Assembly: GCF_009914755.1 (NCBI RefSeq) | Contig: NC_060936.1 | Origin: the human T2T-CHM13v2.0 reference genome, Homo sapiens | Strand: one strand, 5' to 3' | Length of the DNA stretch: 64,000 nt | In this document: one piece after another, positions 60,581 to 64,000 of the stretch | How positions within the stretch are numbered: position 1 is the stretch's first letter | How the letters are laid out: each line of letters starts with the position of its first letter | Position numbers and translations under genes: made by a program | Notes under the pieces: model-generated | Databases searched by the model: none | What the model saw: only the letters and a program-made list of their open reading frames with translations | What the model was told of the DNA's origin: nothing

Positions 60581-63500
60581 TGTTTCCAAACTGCTCAATC
60601 AAAAGAAAGGTTCAACTCTGTGAGATGAATGCACACATCACAAAGAAGTTTCTCAGAATGCTTCTGTGTAGTTTTTACATCAAGATATTTCCTTTTCCAC
60701 CATTGGCCTCAAAGCGCTTCATATATCCACTTGCGGATTCTACAAAAAAAGTTTTTATAAACTGCTCAATCAAAGGAAAGGTTCAAATCAGTGAGTTGAA
60801 TGCACATATCACAAAGAAGTTTCTCAGAATGCTTCTATGTAGTTTTTATGTGAAGATATTTCCCTTTCCACATTAGGCCACAAAGTGCTGGAAATATTCA
60901 CTTGCAGATTCTAGAATAAGAGTGTTTCCAAACTGCCCAATCAAAAGGAAGGTTCAACTCTGTGAGATGAATGCACACATCAGAGAGAAGTTTCTCAGAA
61001 TGCTTCTGTGTAGTTTTCATGTGAATACATTTCCTTTTCCACAATAGGCTACAAAGCGCTCCACATATCCACTTGCAGATTCTTCAAAAACAGTGTTTCC
61101 AAACCGCTCAATCAAAAGGAAGTTTTAACTCTGTGAGATGAATACACACATCACAAATAAGTTTCTGAGAATGCTTTCGTGTAGTTTTTATGGGAAGATA
61201 TTTCCTTTTCCACAATAGGCATCAAAGCTCTTCAAATATCCACTTGCAGATTCTATAAAAAGAGCGTTTCAAAACTGCTCAATCAAAAGAAAGGTTCAAT
61301 TCTGTGACATGAATGCACACATCACAAACAAGTTTCTCAGAATGATTCTGTGTAGTTTTCATGTGAAGATAAATCCCATTCCAAAATAGTTCACAAAGGG
61401 TTCCAAAGAGCCACTTGCAGATTCTACAAAAAGAGACATTCAAAAAAGCTCAATCAAAAGATAGGTACAACTCTGTGAGTTTAAAGTACACATCACAAAG
61501 AAGTTTCTCAGAATGCTTCTGCATAGTTTTTATGTGAAGATATTTCCTCTACCACAATAGGCCTCAAAGCACTCGAAATATCCACTTGCAGATTCTGCAA
61601 AAAGAGAGTTTCCAAACTGCTCAATCAAAAGGAAGGTACAACTCCATGAGATGAATGCACACATCAGAAAGTAGTTTCTCAGAATGCTTCTGTGTAGTTT
61701 TTATGGGAAGATATTTTCTTTTCAACAATTGGCCTAAAAGCACTACAAATATCCACTTGCAGATTCTAAAAAAGAGTGTTTCAAAACTGCTCAATCAAAG
61801 GAAATATTCAACTCTGTGAGATGAAGGCACACATCACTAAAAAGTTTCTGAGAATGCATCTGTGTAGTTTTTAGGTGAAGATATTTCCCTTTCCACAATA
61901 GGCCTCAAAAGGCTTCAAATATCCACTTGCAGAGTCTATAAAAAGAGTGTTTCAAAACTGCTCAATCAAAAGAAAGGTTCAACTCTGTGAGTTGAATGCA
62001 AACATCATGAAGAAGTTCCTCAGAGCGCTTCCGTGTAGTTTTTATGTGAAGATATTTCCTTTTCCATGAAAGGCCTCAAAGTGCTCCAAATATTGACTTG
62101 CAGATCTACAAAAAGAGTGTTTCAAAACTGCTCAATCAAAAGAAAAATCAGACTCTGTGAGATGAATGGACACATCACAAAGAAGTTTCTGAGAATGCTT
62201 GTGTGTAGTTTCTATGTGAAGATATTTCCTTTTCCAATATAGACCTCAAAACCCTCCCAATATCCACTTACAGATTTTATAAAAAGAGTGTTTCAAAACT
62301 GCTCAATCAAAAGAAAGCTTTAACTCTGTTAGATGAATGCATACATCACAAAGAAGTTTCTCAAAATGCTTCTGTGAAGTTTTTATGTGACGATATTTCC
62401 TTTTCCACCATAGGCCTCAAAGGGCTTCAAATATCCTGTTGCAGATTCTATAGAAAGAGTGTTTCCAAGCTGCCCAATCGAAAGACGGTTTTAACTCTGT
62501 GAGATGAATGCACACATCACAAAGAAGCTTCTGAGAATGCTTCTCTGCAGTTTTAATGTGAAGATATTTCCTTTTCCACAAATTGCCTCAAAGTGCTTCA
62601 CAAATCCACTTGCAGATTCTATAAAAGAGTGTATCAAAACTGCTCAATCAAAAGAAAGGTTACGATCTGTGAGTTGAATGCACACATCACAAAGATGTTT
62701 CTCAGAATGCTTCTATGTAGTTTTTATGTGAAGACATTTCCTTTTCCACAATTGACCTCAAAGGGCTCCAAATATCCACTTGCAGATTCTATAAAAAGAG
62801 GGTTTATAAATTGCTCAGTCAAAAGAAAGTTTGAACTCTGTAAAATGAATGCACACATCACAAAGAAGTTTCTCAGAATGCTTTTGTGTAGTTGTTATGT
62901 GAAGATATTTCCTTTTCCATGATGGGCCTCAAAGCGGTCCAAATATCTACTTGCAGATTCTAAAAAAAGTGTGTTTCCAAACTGCTCAAGCAAAAGAAAG
63001 GTTCAACTCTCTGAGATGAATGCACACATAACAAGTAAGTTTCTGAGAATGCTTCTGTTGCTTTCATGTGAAGATGTTTCCTTTTCCACAATAGGCCTCA
63101 AAGCGCTTCAAATATCCAATTGCAGATTCTATAAAACTAGTGTTTCAAAACTGCTCAATCAAAAGGAAGGTTCAACTCTGTGAGATGAATGCACACATCA
63201 CAAAGAAGGATCTCTGAATGCTTCTGTGTGGTTTTTATGTGAAGGTATTTCCCTTTCCAAAAAATGACACAAAGGGCTTCAAATATCCACTTGCAGATTC
63301 TACCAAAAGAGAGATTCAAAACTGCTCAATCAAAAGATAGGTTCAATTCTGTGAGTTGAATGCACACATCAAAAATAAGTTTATCAGAATTCTTCTGTGT
63401 AGTTTTCATGAGAAGATATTTGCTTTTCCAACGTAGGCCTCATAGCACTCCAAATATCCTATTGAAAATTCTACAAAAAGAGTGTTTCCAAACTGCTCAA

Positions 63501-64000
63501 TCAAAGAAAGGTTCAACTCTGTGAGATGAATGCATACATCACAAATAAGTTTCTGAGAATGCTGATGTGTAGTTTTAATTTTAAGATATATCCTTTTCCA
63601 CAAAAGGCCTCAAAGCCCTTCCCATATCCACTTGCAGATAATATAAAAAGAGTGCTTCAAAACTGCTCAATCAAAAGAAAGGTTCAACTCTGTGAGTTGA
63701 ATGCACACATTACAAACTACTTTCTGGGAATGCTTCTGTCTAGTTTTATGTGAAGACATTTCCTTTTCCACCCTAGGCCTCAAAAAGATCCAAATATCGA
63801 CTTGCAGACTCTACAGAAAGTGCGTTTCAAAACTGCTCAATCTAAAGAAAAGTTCACATCTGTGAGTTGAATGCACACATCACAAAGATGTTTCTGAGAA
63901 TTCTTCTGTCCAGTTTAAATGTGAAGATATTTCCTTCTCCAACATAGGCCTCAAAGCGCTAAAAATATCGACTTGCAGATTCTATAAAAAGAGAGTTTCA
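60581..64000 (-). repeat. Inverted monomeric A-type alpha satellite block
   Basis: Reverse-complement alphoid ('aaactgctcaatcaaaagaaaggttcaactctgtgag') from 60581; own diagnostic aaaactacacag; no CENP-B boxes. Confidence 0.97.

Noticed and set aside
38461-63753. Repeated ORFs such as 'FQNCSIKRKVQLCELNAHITKKFLRMLLSSFYVKIFPFP'
   Set aside because: Chance open frames of the 171-bp (multiple of 3) alpha-satellite monomer.
38364-64000. Active centromeric HOR array
   Set aside because: Monomers are heterogeneous with no regular near-identical multimer period, and CENP-B boxes are sparse.

Overview
Primate (human-like) pericentromeric transition. Bases 1-~38,360 are an Alu-saturated mosaic: about 60 Alu copies or fragments by eye, plus ERV LTRs, L1/L2/MIR relics and a hAT-Charlie transposase fossil. 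This block looks like a duplicated, rearranged piece of a KRAB zinc-finger gene cluster. It carries a ZNF143-motif promoter (~8.45 kb) and intact KRAB-A (127 bp) and KRAB-B (96 bp) exons, but no C2H2 zinc-finger exon. Bases ~38,364-64,000 are uninterrupted divergent alpha satellite (~171-bp monomers) in sequence-distinct layers, with six intact CENP-B boxes, remnants of higher-order duplication and an orientation switch at 60,580/60,581. No conventional protein-coding gene, RNA gene or CRISPR array is supported, and nearly all ORF-track entries are Alu or alphoid artefacts. I cannot demonstrate a new biological system. The best leads are (i) a possible spliced KRAB-only microprotein using a captured terminal exon, (ii) a 110-bp conversion-like tract across the alphoid inversion, and (iii) a permuted L1 fragment. 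Repeat subfamily names come from recalled consensus sequences and need RepeatMasker/Dfam confirmation.
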